Part shown: in pieces, positions 36,601 to 49,892 of the stretch | Layout of the letters: the number at the start of each line of letters is the position of its first letter | Numbering within the stretch: the stretch's first letter is position 1 | Origin: Vicugna vicugna | Taxonomy: Eukaryota | Direction: 5' to 3' | Length of the DNA stretch: 64,000 nt | Assembly (NCBI GenBank): GCA_013265495.1 | Contig: MU058444.1 | Span: 1,922,001-1,986,000, forward strand | Translations under genes and position numbers: made by a program | The notes under the pieces: generated by a model | Databases searched by the model: none | Seen by the model: only the letters and a program-made list of their open reading frames with translations | What the model was told of the DNA's origin: nothing

Positions 36601-39600
36601 CTCTCAGGGAACCAGCTCTTGGGTGTTCTTTGAATCTTTTTCTGTTGCTTTTTTAATCTGTATCTTTTAATTTCCTCTCTGATATTTTTTTCCCAACCTA
36701 CTCCTGACTTTAGGATTTGTTTTTATTTTTCTAATTCTTTTAGGTGGTAGGTTAGGTTGTCTATTTGAGGGTTTTGGGGGGGTTTTGGGGGGTTTTTTTT
36801 GAGGAAGTCTTGTATCACTATGAACTTCCCTCTCAGAACTGTTTTTGCTGCATCCCATAGATTTTGTATGGTTTTGTTTTCATTGTAGTTTGTCTCAAGG
36901 TGTTTTTTAAGTTCCCTAGATTTCATTGTGATGCATTGGTTTTTGAGTAGCATGTTGTTTAGTCTCCATGTAATCGGTTTTTTCTCCTTTCACATTCTGT
37001 GGTTGATTTCTAGTTTCATGCTGTTGTGGTCAAAAATGTGCTTGAAATAATTTCTGTCCTCTTAAATTTGTTGAGGATTGTTTTGTGTCCTATGTTATAT
37101 ATCCTAGAGAATGTTCCATGTGCACTTGAACAAAAATGTATATTCTGGGTTTTTTTTTTAATGCAATGTCCTGAAAATATCAATTAAGTCTAATTATTCT
37201 ATTGTGTCATTTAGTATCTCTGTTGCCATATTGATTTTCCATCTGTCCATTGATGAAGAGCAATGTTAAAGTCTTTTATTGTTATTGTATTCCCACCCAG
37301 TTCTCCCTTTATGTCTGTTAGTATTTCTTTTATGTATTTAAGTGCTCCTCTATTGGATGCATGTATGTCAACGAGTGTAATATCCTCATTTTGCTCCTTT
37401 GATCATTGTATAGTGTCCTCCTTTATCTTTCTTTACAGCCTTTGTTTTACAGTCTGTTTTGTCTAATATGAGTATTGCTACCCCGGCTTTCTTGTCATTT
37501 CCATTTGCATGAAAGATCTTTTTCTGCCCTCTAATCTATGTGTGTCCTTCGCCTTAAAGTGGATCTTTTGGAGGCAGCATATTGTAGGCTCTTGTTTTTG
37601 TATCTAATCTGCCACTGTTTTTTTTATTGAAGCCTTTAGTCCATTGATATTTATGGTAATTATTAATAGATGTGTATTTATTGCCATTTTAAAGCTTATT
37701 TTCCAGTTGACTTTATATTTCTTTGTTGTTACTTTCTTTTTCTTTTGTTTTTCTGTTTGTGATTTGATGATTTTCTTTTGTATTATGCTTGAGTTATCTT
37801 CTTTTTGGCTTACTTCAATCTATTATATGTTTTTGACTTGTGGTTAACCTGTTTTTCAAGTAACTTTGCCCCATACTATATCTACTTGCTTTAGACCGGT
37901 AGTCACATAGGTTCAAATATATTCTTTAAAAAGATCTACGTTCTTACCCTCTCCTCCACACTTTATGATTTTGATGTCCTTTTTTACATCTTCATGTTTA
38001 TCCCCTTGCTGTTCATTGTAGTTACTGCTTTCACAAAATTTTTGTGATTTTTTAAAAAAAATTCTATATTGTCTTATTTAAGTGCTTTACTTTCCAGTTG
38101 TGATTTTTCTCTTCCCTGTAGATTCTTGCTTCTTTTCTATTTAGGGAAGACTATCCAATATTTTTTAGAATCAGTTTTTAGGATGGGATAGACTTTGAGG
38201 ATAGGTTTTATAGGACAGGATTTTTTATGATAGTTTTAGACCTTTCAGCATTTTTTAGGATAGGTTTGCTGTATTATTTTAGTTTTTGCTTGCCTAAGAA
38301 ATGGTTTATCTCTTCTATTCTAAATGATACTCTTGCTGGGCAGAGAATCTTAGGTTGCATGTTTTCTCTTTTAGGACTTTGTAGATCCTGCCACTCCCCT
38401 CTGACCTGCAACATTTCTGTAGAGAAATTAGCTGATAGCCTTATGGGGGTTCTCTTGTAACTAACTCTTTTTCTCTTGTTTCCTGTAGAATCCTCTCCTT
38501 AACTTTTACCATTTTAATTATAATGTCTTGGTATAGACATTGTTTGGGACCCTCTGTGTTTCCTGTGCCTCGATACCTGTTTCCTTTGTTAGGTTTGGGA
38601 AGATTTTGGTCATAATTTCTCCAAAAACGTTTTCAGTCCTCTTTTCTCCTTCTCCTTCTAGGATTCCTATTATGTGTCGATTGACTCACTTTATATTGTC
38701 CCATAAATCTTGTATATGCCTTTTGTTGTTTGCATTTTTCTTTCTGTCTGCTCTTTTGATTGTGTGATTTCCATCACTCTCTCTTCCAGATCACTTATGC
38801 ATTCTTCTGCATTATTTACTTTGTTGTTCATTGCCTTTAGTTAGGCTTTTGTCTCAGCAAATGAGTTTTCTAATTTTGTCTCCTCCTTATAGTTTCTACT
38901 TCCTTAGTACAGTCACCTGCATTTCTATTGATAACTTTAAACATTTTTTTCTTCAGTATTTTCATTACCTCCTTTTGAACTTGGGGTCTGGTAGACTGCA
39001 CAGATCTGTTTCATTGTTTGTTCTTTCCTGGGATTTCTCTGTTCTTTTAATTGGAAGTGGTTGCTCTGCTTCCTTATATTTCTCTGACTCCATAAATTTA
39101 GGAGAAACAGTTTCTACTGTCTTCTTGGTGACCTGTTTTTATGTGGGAGCATCTGTGTGTAGCCTGCGTGAGTCTAGTATTTTTGTTGTGAGGGCTGTTT
39201 TTAGTATGGACGGCTGCCACGTCTTTCCCCTGTGTGTGCTGGGTGTTATCCCCGTGATGGGGGCGTGATTGGTGTTGTGGTGACCAGAGCATGCACTGGA
39301 TGTTGAGTGGGGCCTCCCCTTTGCTCTGCGATTCTCTCAGCCCTGGCAGGGGCAGGGTCTGCTCCCCAGTTGTTGGAGCAGAAGCCCCCAGATCTGTTTC
39401 TGAGGTGCAGTGTGAGGTGTGCAGGGCAGGAGTGCTCCCACTGGGAGAGGAGCCACTGAGCATCCCTCAGTAGAAACTGTCCACTGGGAAGGGCTCTGTG
39501 GGTTGCCCATCACCCGCTGTGTGTGCTCTCAAAGTGCACTGCTGTTGACATTGCCCTTGACCCCGCCTCAGCTGTGGGGCTGCAGGCAATCAGACCAGAT

Positions 39601-40605
39601 GTCCCTTGGGCACTGTTCCCACAGACCTGCCGGTGCAGATCTGCTGTAGCTGGGCACCCGGACACACCATGGGGGCTACTGAGTCTGCCGAGACCCCAGC
39701 CCCACCCCCATGTGCATGTAGCTGCTAATGTCAGGGCCACCCTAGCCCCGGGAGTGCTAGTCACCTGCTCGGATGTCCCACAGGCACTGAGCTTACAAAT
39801 CCACTGGTGGTTTAAATCCGCCAATGCTGCCAGGATGCAGTTCAGACTTCAGCCCTGCTTCTGAAGCCATGTGGGCCCTGGGGATGGGCTCTGATTTCAG
39901 CCCATCTCTGCATGGGGGCCACCCATGGGGTCTGTGGGCTCCCAGAGCTCTCAGAGGCAGGGCCACACCTGCTGTGAGCACACCAAGAATGAGGCTGTTA
40001 TGATGTGGGCTGCCTCTCCCTTTGTGCATGCATGAGCAATGGGGCTTCTCTGGTGGACCCGGGCTCCATCCTGCATACTCCTCCAGTTGTGGCTCAGACC
40101 ACACCCCAGCCCCTTTGTGCTGTCTCTGCACAGCCAGCTCCAATATTATCCTTAAGCATGTTTGCTGAAGCCCAGGTTTCAGCACCCAGCCATGATGCAC
40201 ACCAGCAGGTACACGTCTCTGGCTAGGGATCTTCTGTGCCGGTCTTGCTCTGTTCTGCCTGGCGCAGACTGGCTGCTCTGAGCCTTCTCTGAGCCTCTGA
40301 AGCTCCCTGGCTGATCTGCCCGCTGGTGAAGGGGGTTGCCAGGGTAAGGGAAACTTTCCTCTTTCATAGCTTCCTCCTCGGGGCAAAGATCCCATCCTGA
40401 TTCCTTTTTTTTTTTTCTTCCTTCCATTCTATCTGGATACATGGTAGTCTTTCTTGCAGCTCTAGTTGTATGAGATCTGCCTGCATTCTGTAGAATCAGT
40501 TAGAATTCTGTGACAATTATTCCACATGTAGATGTATTTATGATGTATTTGTGGGAGGAGCTAAGCTCTGCATCCTTCTTTTCTGCCATCTTTATCTGTC
40601 CCTCC
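33622..40605 (-). mobile_element. Full-length (~7.0 kb) but decayed L1: 5' UTR (~39150-40605), ORF1 and ORF2 remnants, 3' UTR and poly(A), with TSD
   Basis: Minus-strand 5' end GGAGGGACAGATAAAGATGGCAG (YY1-type). ORF2 fragments ([74 protein letters not shown]). T-run at 33619-33630. Degenerate TSD TCAGAAGGGTCTTT (33608-33621) / TCAGCAGTGTCTTT (40606-40619). Confidence 0.9.
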
Positions 40606-40789
40606 TCAGCAGTGTCTTTACAGCCAGTAAAGTGGGGCAAGAACTAACCTTAGAAGTAGAAGATTGTAAACATTCAGCTGAAAGGAGTAGGGAAATAAAA
40701 TATTATGGAATATCGCAAAGAAGGGGGCCAAAGTATTTCTGTTGCCACTAAGCTGGTAAGTTATTCAAGGCCTGGAATAGTCAGAAGCT

Positions 40790-41560
40790 GGGACAAAATG
40801 GCCAACAGGTGCATGAAAAGATGCTCAAGATCACTAACCATGAGGGAAATGCAAGTCAAAACTGCAGTGAGATATCACCACACATCCATTAGGATGGCTA
40901 CTATCAAAAGCAAAACACAAAACAGAAAATAACAAATGTTGGCAGGAACGTGGAGAAATTGTAATCCGAGGGCACTGCAGATGGGAATGAAAAGGTACAG
41001 TCACTACAGAAAGGAGTATGGAGTTTTCTTCAAAAACTTAAAAAGAGAACTACCATATGACCCAGCAGTTCTGTGCATTGACTCAAAAGGAACTGAGGAT
41101 ATTTTGGAGAGATGCATACATCTCTGTTTATAGTGGCATAATTCACAGTAGTCAAAAAATGGAAGCAGCCCAAATGCTCATTGATGGATGAATTGATATA
41201 CGAAACATGGTCTATACATACAGTGGAATATTATTCAGCCCCGAAAAAGAAGGAATTTCTGACACAAGCTACAGTAATGAATAAGCCTGAAGGATGTTAT
41301 GCTAAGTGAAGCAAGCTAGTCCCCAAAAGTCAAATAATGTGTGATTCCACTTATATGAGGAATCTAGAGTAGGCATACTCATAAAAGCACAGGAGAATGG
41401 AGATTGCAAGGGCTTGCGGGAAGGGAGAAATAGGGAATTGTTGGTTAATGAGTACAGAATTTGAGTTTTGCAATATGAAGAGACTTCTGGAGATTGGTTG
41501 CCCAACAATGTGATTATAATTAACACTACTGAGCTATATACATAACAGAATTTACCATCT
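40790..41560 (+). mobile_element. Older L1 (L1MB-like) 3' portion
   Basis: aaatggccaacaggtgcatgaaaagatgctca...gaaatgcaagtcaaaact...atacagtggaatattattcagcc... Confidence 0.8.
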
Positions 41561-44280
41561 TAACCATTTTTATGTGTATTTTGTCACATTAAATATGTGT
41601 GTGTATACATATGTATAAAACCAGATATTTTTATGTAAAAAAGGAAAAGTATAGTACAGTTAATATAAAATTAAATTTTGGAGTTAAGGGGAGTAAAAGT
41701 TAGCATAATCTCCTTCATGCATTGGTTTATTTGTGTGTGTGTATATATTTATACATATATACACACACACAAGCAAGCTCAGGTCAAGAACCTTTGGAAG
41801 AAGAAATAGGAAACTAGTAAAATGGGATGGAATGCTGCGGAACTGAGACTTCTTGTGTGCATCTTTTTATAGTGTTAACTTTTGAATCATGTAAATACAT
41901 TTCCCACTAAAAATAAGATGTTAACAAAACTAAGAAACAGCAAAGCTGAGGACAGAGGAGAGCTGGTGGAGCAAAGGCTGGTCCTCCCAGACCCCTTGGG
42001 AACCAGGATTGAATGGGCTCTTCAACAGTGGCTCCTCACTAAGTGTCAGCTGAGACAGATGTGAGATTAGAGGGAAACTCTCCTAGGAGATGAGGTGTGA
42101 AGGTCTGAGAATTCCAGAGCAGGAGGCAGTGGCTCCTGCAGGGGACCACAGAGGCCCAGCGTCCTGCTGAGGATGGAGGAATTCAGAGGATGGGGGACTG
42201 GAAATGTTGCAGATTTGCAAGATGTAAACGTGGAAACAGTAGTCCCAGGAGGGAGTGAAGCTCCTGTCAGCTGGTGGAGCAGGGAACGTGGGACTCAAAG
42301 GGGAAAGAGCAAAGAAGTTGCAAATATTGGGCTAGATTCAAAGCAGAAGAATCCTGGAGTGTCTCCGATCCCCCCTGCAAGAGGGATGAGTGTGTGTAGG
42401 GGCCCTCTCCCCGCAACATGGAAGTGCGTGTCCCCGCCTGACATCTCCATGGACCAGCTCTCTCCGTGGCCATTCAGGCTGTGAGCTCACCCTGGCTTCC
42501 AGCTCAGCTGAACTGCATCCCGATGGGTGTGACGCCCGGAACACCTGCTCTCCCGTGTCGCCCTCCCCTCCGCCCGCAGGCAGTGCCGAGTCACCACCTG
42601 GGTCTTTGGCTGGCAGAGCAACAGGGTCCAATGAGGGGAATATTCTTTATCCTGGAAAACTGCTCCAGGGTAGCCCACTTTCTTGTTGGAGACGTTTCCA
42701 GAAGCTGCGTTGCTAAGGCACCTGCCCTTAAGGCGCTGACAAAGCCCGCTGGGCGGCAGGGTACCAGGTGGGCGGCCGCCGCGTCCGGCCCGCGCTGTGC
42801 GCGGTCGGACTCTCGCACGCCTGCCGGACAGCTAAGGAGGAATGAAATGCGCTCTCATAACTCTTACCTTTGAGTAAGTTACCCATTCATACTCCTCTGA
42901 TGTGAATTGTATTCTCACGTATGTTTAGAACGTGTTATCCTTTATATTACGTTATCCTTATGTAATATGCTGTTATATTTCCCCCAGTCTGTCTTTGACT
43001 TGGGGACAATTTTTGATGGACACTTATCCTTTTTCCCTTCATGGCGTTAGGTGTCTTGCTTAGGAAAGCCTTCCCCACTCTAAAAGTCTATTTTTTAATT
43101 CTCTCCTGTATTGTCAGACTTCTTCAGTTTCCCTCTGCATAGGGAACATTAGTCTCATTGTAAGGGAAAGTAGGTCTCTACCAGTTAAAATAAGGAAAAC
43201 ATTTCACAAAGTTGGGTATTTTCTTGTTTATTGGGTCCCCAAAGCCACCGTGGCTGTGGCCTCAGGTTCTCCCGGGGGCGCTGTCATTTTCCTCATCGCT
43301 GTAACCTCAGAATACATCTCTAGCAACATCCCTTCCACCAAGTATGTGCACAGCTGGATTTTCATGCCCTGGGCAGCCTGCGCTCTGTCCCGACACCCAG
43401 CCGGAGGCTGTTTTTGCAGCCTTAACAACAGTCTCCAGTCAACAGATCACACCGCCTGGGAGAACCGAACCCAAAAGGGACCTCAGCTGAACTCTGGTTG
43501 TTTGTCAGCTATCAACAGGGAGTGACTTCAGGATTTCACGTGACAAGTCGTTAAAACCATGCGCTGTACGACCTCCTTTAAGGAAGACGCCTCCTTAAGT
43601 GCTTTATTCGGAAACATTAAGAAATGTTTCCAAAGCAGTGGATTCATCGACTTCAAAACAGGGCCAACTTTTAACTTCTCTTCTTATGTGATTTAGAGGC
43701 CCTGCCAGAATTTACTTCCCCTGATCCCCATCTGTGGGAAGGGTTCTTCCTATGCCGTATTCTTTTAGGAGCAAAACAGAAAAATACAGGGGACAGGCTG
43801 CATCTTGGTGGTGAAAATTCCAGAACTGCTGGTAGGAACACCATCCTGTCAATAAACAGGTTCCCAAGCATCTCCCACCAGTTCAAGAAACATTTGTAAG
43901 GAGCAAACTGCTGTTCTCTTTTGCACTCTCCACTGTCCCCTGTACCTCCTACGGGCTGGAGAGCTGTTGGGTTGATCCTTCTAAAGGAGCAAGAAACAAA
44001 GAAAATGGAAAGAGCATGAAAAGCCACTGTGCCTTTAAGTTATAAACTGTAGTCAGTTGTTTCCCACCCACGCCCCCCCACCTCCCACTGCCCGCCCACG
44101 TGTAGCAGAGCTCTGACTTGGAGGAGGCACCCACGAAGATGATGAAACCCAGACCCTGCGCTCCTCCGTACAATCCCAGCTCTCCTCCCTGACTCTCGGA
44201 CCCTCAATACCACACCTCCGTGTGATCTTTGTGTTTTTTTTCATCACCAGCACCTGGTGATAAAAACAACCGTTTCCGAA

Positions 44281-44453
44281 TAGGTAGCCAGATTTAGCAG
44301 GTAAGATGACAGGATTAAGTTTGAATTCTAGATACACAGTGAATAATATTTAGTATAAGAAATGTCTTATGGAATGTTTGGGACTGACTGATACTAAAAT
44401 TTTTCACCACTTACTCAGATTTTGCTGGTGTCCTGTATTTTATCTGGTAATTC
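44281..44453. mobile_element. MER53 palindromic hAT-type MITE
   Basis: aggtagccagatttagca...ttgaattctagatacac...ttagtataagaaatgtc...gggactgactgatactaaaa...gtcctgtattttatctggtaattct matches the recalled MER53 consensus; the two ends are complementary. Confidence 0.75.
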
Positions 44454-44609
44454 TACTTCCAAGGCAGCCCCCTTAGGAAAGCTGTGATGGATAAAAAGTC
44501 CTTTCTCATGATGAAATAAAGATCTGTCGCCTACTCACTGGTGGTCCTTTAGAATGTTATTGGCCCAGTTAAATAATTTGGCGCAGTTAGAGGGCCATAA
44601 TTCCACAGC

Positions 44610-46390
44610 TCTTTTTTTTTTTAATTGAAGTATATTTGATTTACAGTATTGTGTTAGTTTCTGGTATACAGCATAGTGATTCTGTTTTACATAAATATTC
44701 CTTTTTTTATTCTTTTTCATTATAGGTTATTACAAGATATTGAAAATAGTTCCCTGTGCTGTACCGTAGGACCTTGTTATGTATCTGTTTTATGTATAGT
44801 AGTTTGTATCTGCTATTCCCAAACTCCTAATTTATCCCTCCCACTTCCTTTCCACTTTGGTAACCATCAGTTTGTTTTCTATGTCTGTGAGTCTGTTTCT
44901 GTTTGGTAAATAAATTCACTTGTGCCATTTTTTAGATTCCACATTTAAGTGATCTCATATGATACTTGTCTTTCTCTGTCTGAGTTAACTTCACTTAGTG
45001 TGATCATCTCCAGGTCCATCCATGTTGCTGCAAATGGCATTATTTCATTCCTTCTTGTGGCTGAGTAGTATTTCATTGTATACATACACCACATCTTCAT
45101 TATCCATTTATCTGTCAGTGGACAGTTAGGTTGCTTCCATGTCTTGGCTATTGTAAATAATGCTACTATAAACATTGGGGTGCATATGTCTTTTCAGATT
45201 AGTTTTCTCTAGCTATATGCCCAGAAGTGGGATTGCTGGATCATAGGGTAAGTCTGTTTTTAATTTTTTTTTAAGGAATCTCCATACTGTTTTTCATAGT
45301 GGCTGCACTAAATTACATTCCTACCAGCAGTGTAGGTGGGTTCCCTTTTCTCCAGCATTTATCATTTGTGTACTTTTTAATGATGGTCATTCTGACTGGT
45401 GTGAGGTGATACCCCATTGTAGTTTTGTGTTTCTCTGATAATTAGTGATACCAAGCATAACTTTTCATGTGCCTCTTGGCCATCTGTGTGTCTTCACTGG
45501 AGAAATGTCTCTTTAGGTCTTCTGCCCATTTTCAGATTGGGTTATTTTTTGTTGTTGCTACTAAGTTGTACAAACTGTTTATATATTCTGGAAATCAAAC
45601 CCTTGTCAGTCACATCATTTGCAAATATTTTTTCCCATTCCGTACGCTGTCATTTTGTTTTGCTTATGGTTTCCTTTCCTCTTTCAAAAGCTTATAAGTT
45701 TAATTGGGTCCCATTTGTTTATTTGTGCTTTTATTTCTGTTGCCTGGGTAGACGCCGTAGGAGAACATTGCTATAATTTATGTCAGAGAATATTTTCCCG
45801 ATGTTGTCTTCTAGGAGATTTATGATGTTCTATCTTGCATTTAAGTCTTTAAGCCATTTTGAGTTTATTTTTGTGTATGGTGTGAGGGAGTGTTCTAACT
45901 TCATTGATTCACACGTGGCTGTCCAGCTTTCCCAACACCACTTTCTAAAGAAACTTGTCTTTACTCCATTGTACATTCTTGCCTCCTTCGTCAAAGAGTA
46001 ATTGACCATAGGTGTGTGGGTTTATTTCTGGGCTCTCTGTTCTGTTTCATGGATCCATATGTTTGTTTTTGTGCCAATATCGTGCTTTTTGATTACTGTA
46101 GCTCTGTAGTATTGCCTGAAGTCTAGGAGGGTTGTGCCTTCATCTTTGCTCTTTTTTTTTCCATATTGCTCTGGCAATTCTGAGTCTTTTGTAATTCCAT
46201 ATAAATTTGGGGATTATTTGTTCTAGTTCTGTGAAAAGTATCCTGGGTAATTTGATGGGGATCACATTAAATCTGTAGATTGCTTGGGGTAATTTGGCCG
46301 TTTAAACAATATTAATTCTTCAAATCTAAGAGCATCTTTCTATTTCTGTAAACTGTCTCCAGTTTCCTTTATCAATGTTTGATAGTCGCA
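44610..46390 (-). mobile_element. 5'-truncated L1 (~1.8 kb)
   Basis: Poly-T at 44612-44622, then antisense 3' UTR and ORF2 end (MFIVALFTIAKTWKQPNCP..EIMPFAATWMDLE). Confidence 0.88.
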
Positions 46391-49031
46391 ATTCCATATT
46401 CTGAATAATGTTAACAGAAACCTAGAAAAGACTGTCTTCACAAGGATAAACTACTCAGATTGCTGCTCCCCCTTTCTTGGGGGATGGGGAGGGATATCAG
46501 AGAAATGGTTAGAGGATCTTTACCCACTGATTACTCTTAGATACATTCTGTGTCTAGGCATCATGAAGTCAGATTCCTAAATCTGTCGTTTTGAAGTATA
46601 AAGAGCCTTCCTGTGATATTCAGAGGTTTTAATAGTTATTTCTCAAATACAGTGAGTGTAACCTTGAGAGTATACGTGAGAGAATTAATGTTAGTTGTTG
46701 GAAAATGATTTGTCAGTCCACTTAAAAGCTTAAGAGAATTTTTTCATCAGATTTGTCATAAGTAACCTGTTAACTGTGGTTAACTTGTTATAATTAAAGC
46801 TAACTTGTTATCCTTAAAGTAAGCAGTATCCAAGCTGTATCATTTCTTTTGCAAAAAATGAATTTCCTTGGAATAATTAACTTGCAGGCACTTACGTTAA
46901 AACATAAGATAAAGTCTTACTCTTCTGTATTCTTGCGTCCATTCCCGATATGGTTCTGAGCTGTACCCTGCCGGAAGTGCCCGGGTGCCCACACCTTACA
47001 ATGGTGAGGTACCGCAGTGAAGCAGGACTTTCTCCAACTCCTCCATGCTGGGCACTACATTTCTATTAAGGCAGTTCAAGGTCATTTACACGTCTACCAT
47101 TGAGCAGTCAGTCAACTTACTTTTTTTTCTTATATGCTGTAGATAAAGTTTATCTTATATCCTATCATTGGCTTTCTCATTCCCATTTATAAAACCCAAT
47201 CTTTGCTTTTACCTGTAGGTTGTCAATCTTGCATGCGCAGATTGCTTTTGCACTCCTCTAAAGCTTCACCTGCCTTTTATTTGTTTTTAAATACTCCATG
47301 ATATAGACACTCAAAAGCTTTGAGATAGATGATTGAGGATTCTTGGGTTGGATTAAAAACAAAGAGACCCCCCCAAGTGCATGGCGTGTATATATGGGAG
47401 TGTGTGGGGAGGGTTCTTACCAGAAATTGTTTGGTCACCACCACTCAGGTCAGTTACCAGACAACGTGGGTGACCAGCTGATCAATCACTCCAGTGCATC
47501 TATTTCGCAGGGAGGCCATGACTGGAGGGTAACTGACAAAGATAACGGGTCTTTGCAGTATTCTAGCTCCGTAGAAAAGTAGATAAGATTTACTTTGCAT
47601 TGTCAAATCTGTGTTCTAGAATGTGTACTAGAATCAGGTGGTGGTTCTTCTTTAGCATTTTTTCACAAACCTGTTGGTAGGTGCACGTGAGAAATGTTGT
47701 AGTTCTGGCATTTGCAGCCGTATATCCAGCTTGGGAGCAGTTTTCTCTCTGGCAGTAGGCAGGAAGAAGATGCTTTGCTCCAAAAGCCGTCCTTGATCTT
47801 AAGAGACCCAAGCACCACACGTCAAAGAGATAAGAGGCAACCATAAACCAAGATCACTGATTCTTGGCACAGAAAGTGGACTCCTCTGCTCACTTGGAAC
47901 TATAATTCAGCCTAATCCTAAACAGCGTTTACACATGATCCTCTGAAGCCAAGGATTTCCCTGCAAAGCTGAGCATAGATCAGCTGCGTCGTTTGAATTG
48001 ACTTCACGATGTTCAAGACCCACATTTCTTGTTGCTTCCCCATTGGCATCTTAAATCCTTCTGCTTTTGTCTTTCTAATATCTCCCCAGGGGTAACTCTT
48101 AAGGAAGTAATGTTTGCATAAACTAGGTGAATTCTGTTTTTTAAAATATGCACTTTATGCTACTTTTTTTTGTTGGTGGTGGTGGGGTAAGCAGAATGGG
48201 GAATATATTTTCAGGTTTTTTGTAAGTTGCTTAAGCACCCAATACCGATGAATAGGGGTGTGGCCAGGACACAAAAAATAAATCTGAAAAATAATGGCTC
48301 ACACAGGTAGTGAGGTATCTACCGTGGAACAACCGTAGGCTTTGGTTCTGCCAGAACGGGACTGGTAAACAGGTTCCTCTATGTATTAACTGGTGGCTTT
48401 GGACATGTAGTTCTTAGAGCCTGGGCTTCATCAGATTCCTAAGCAGCAGTGTCAGATAACTCTGTTCTCAAAGGGTTGGATGGGAATTGAGAAAACGTGG
48501 TTCCTAGTGCAGAGACCTTCAGGAACAGCTGGCTCCAGTCATCCTTTCACTGCAATCAACAGTGTGTCAGGGAAGGGGTGGGAGGGAGTCAAGCTCTCCA
48601 AAATGGCTCCAGTACCTTTTGACTTTTCTCTAAAAAGTAATGAAAATTGGAAAACAGCTCTGCCCCTGAAAGCCAATGTATGTATATAGTATGAAAAGTG
48701 AGATCTCAATTGTTTTTTTTTCCATGGTGGATGAAGGCACTAAAGTTTATTTTTGTTAAATATAAGTTTTTCAAGGAAATACTATCTTCTTTGTACAATA
48801 CACTTTGAAAGCCATTATTATTAGTAACAAAAGTCATATAAGCTAACTGAATGACATTTGCATGGTATAACACAGAAAAATACAAGAGTAAAAATTATCT
48901 ATAATCAAAGAATATCCTATTCTGCTTTTTTATAGGTACATATAGACATGCAGGCACAGGCATTTATTTAAAAAAGAATTACATTGTATTTAGTATTTCA
49001 TGAACTTCTTTAAAAGTCTTATATCTTTAGT

Positions 49032-49089
49032 GGGGAGGGTATAGCTCAAGTGGTAGAGCACATGCTTAGCGTGCACGAGGTCCTGGGTT
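49032..49089 (+). mobile_element. 3'-truncated camelid tRNA-Ala-derived SINE head
   Basis: ggggagggtatagctcaagtggtagagcacatgcttagcgtgcacgaggtcctgggtt, then an abrupt end. Confidence 0.8.
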
Positions 49090-49892
49090 ATAAATTAACA
49101 CGAATTTATAGGCAAGCTGGCTCATGGCTGCTGCAGAAATCCCCAAGTAGTATCATTTCATGATGCATACAATTTCTTGGATGAAATTTGGTTCCAAGTC
49201 CATAAAACAGTGCCTGTCAATGAGGTGTTTTCTAGGAAACGTGTTTCTCTGAAGCACTTCCTCTGAATCGGAAAGCGATCTCACCGGCACAAATCCAATG
49301 TCAAACTGCGCTGGGACACAGTACGAGGAGGGGGCCCTAGGGGTGTATTTAATCTTAGACCAAATTTACTTCCCCTACTTCACCAGGGTATGAGCCTTTA
49401 GAATGCGGGTGCTGCATATGTCGGATCCCTTGGAAGAAAATTTGAATGAGATTAACTCCAACCAGTTAGCTAACTCCTGGGAGTGCCTAGGTCAGCAGAG
49501 GAGCATTTAGGTGCCAGTGACCACAGGCACGGGTGCCCAGCCATGAGAACTAGGTGTCCCCAGTGGAGAGAATCGAATGTGTCCATGTGACAGCAGCATG
49601 GCGCCTCCAGGGTTACAGGGGGGTGGGGGGGACCTAGAGGAGGAGAACGAGGCAAGACAGCATTTAACCGAGACAGGGTGAGGTGGTTCTCCTTCGTTCC
49701 CCATCCATCCTCTCACCGTATTTGGGGAATGCTGCTCATTCGCTGCCCGGGGCCTCTCTGTTGACCCTTTTAAGGAGTCACCCATGCCCATGTGTAGTCC
49801 GATCTGTCTTTGTCCTTTCCGTGTTAGACAACGCTCCCGTGACTTGGGGTAGACAATCTTTGCTGGGATGTTTGTGTTGCTTCTTCCCAGTA

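Noticed and set aside
39098..40442. Cluster of 70-200-aa ORFs
   Set aside because: They lie in the GC-rich 5' UTR of the decayed L1, where stop codons are scarce.
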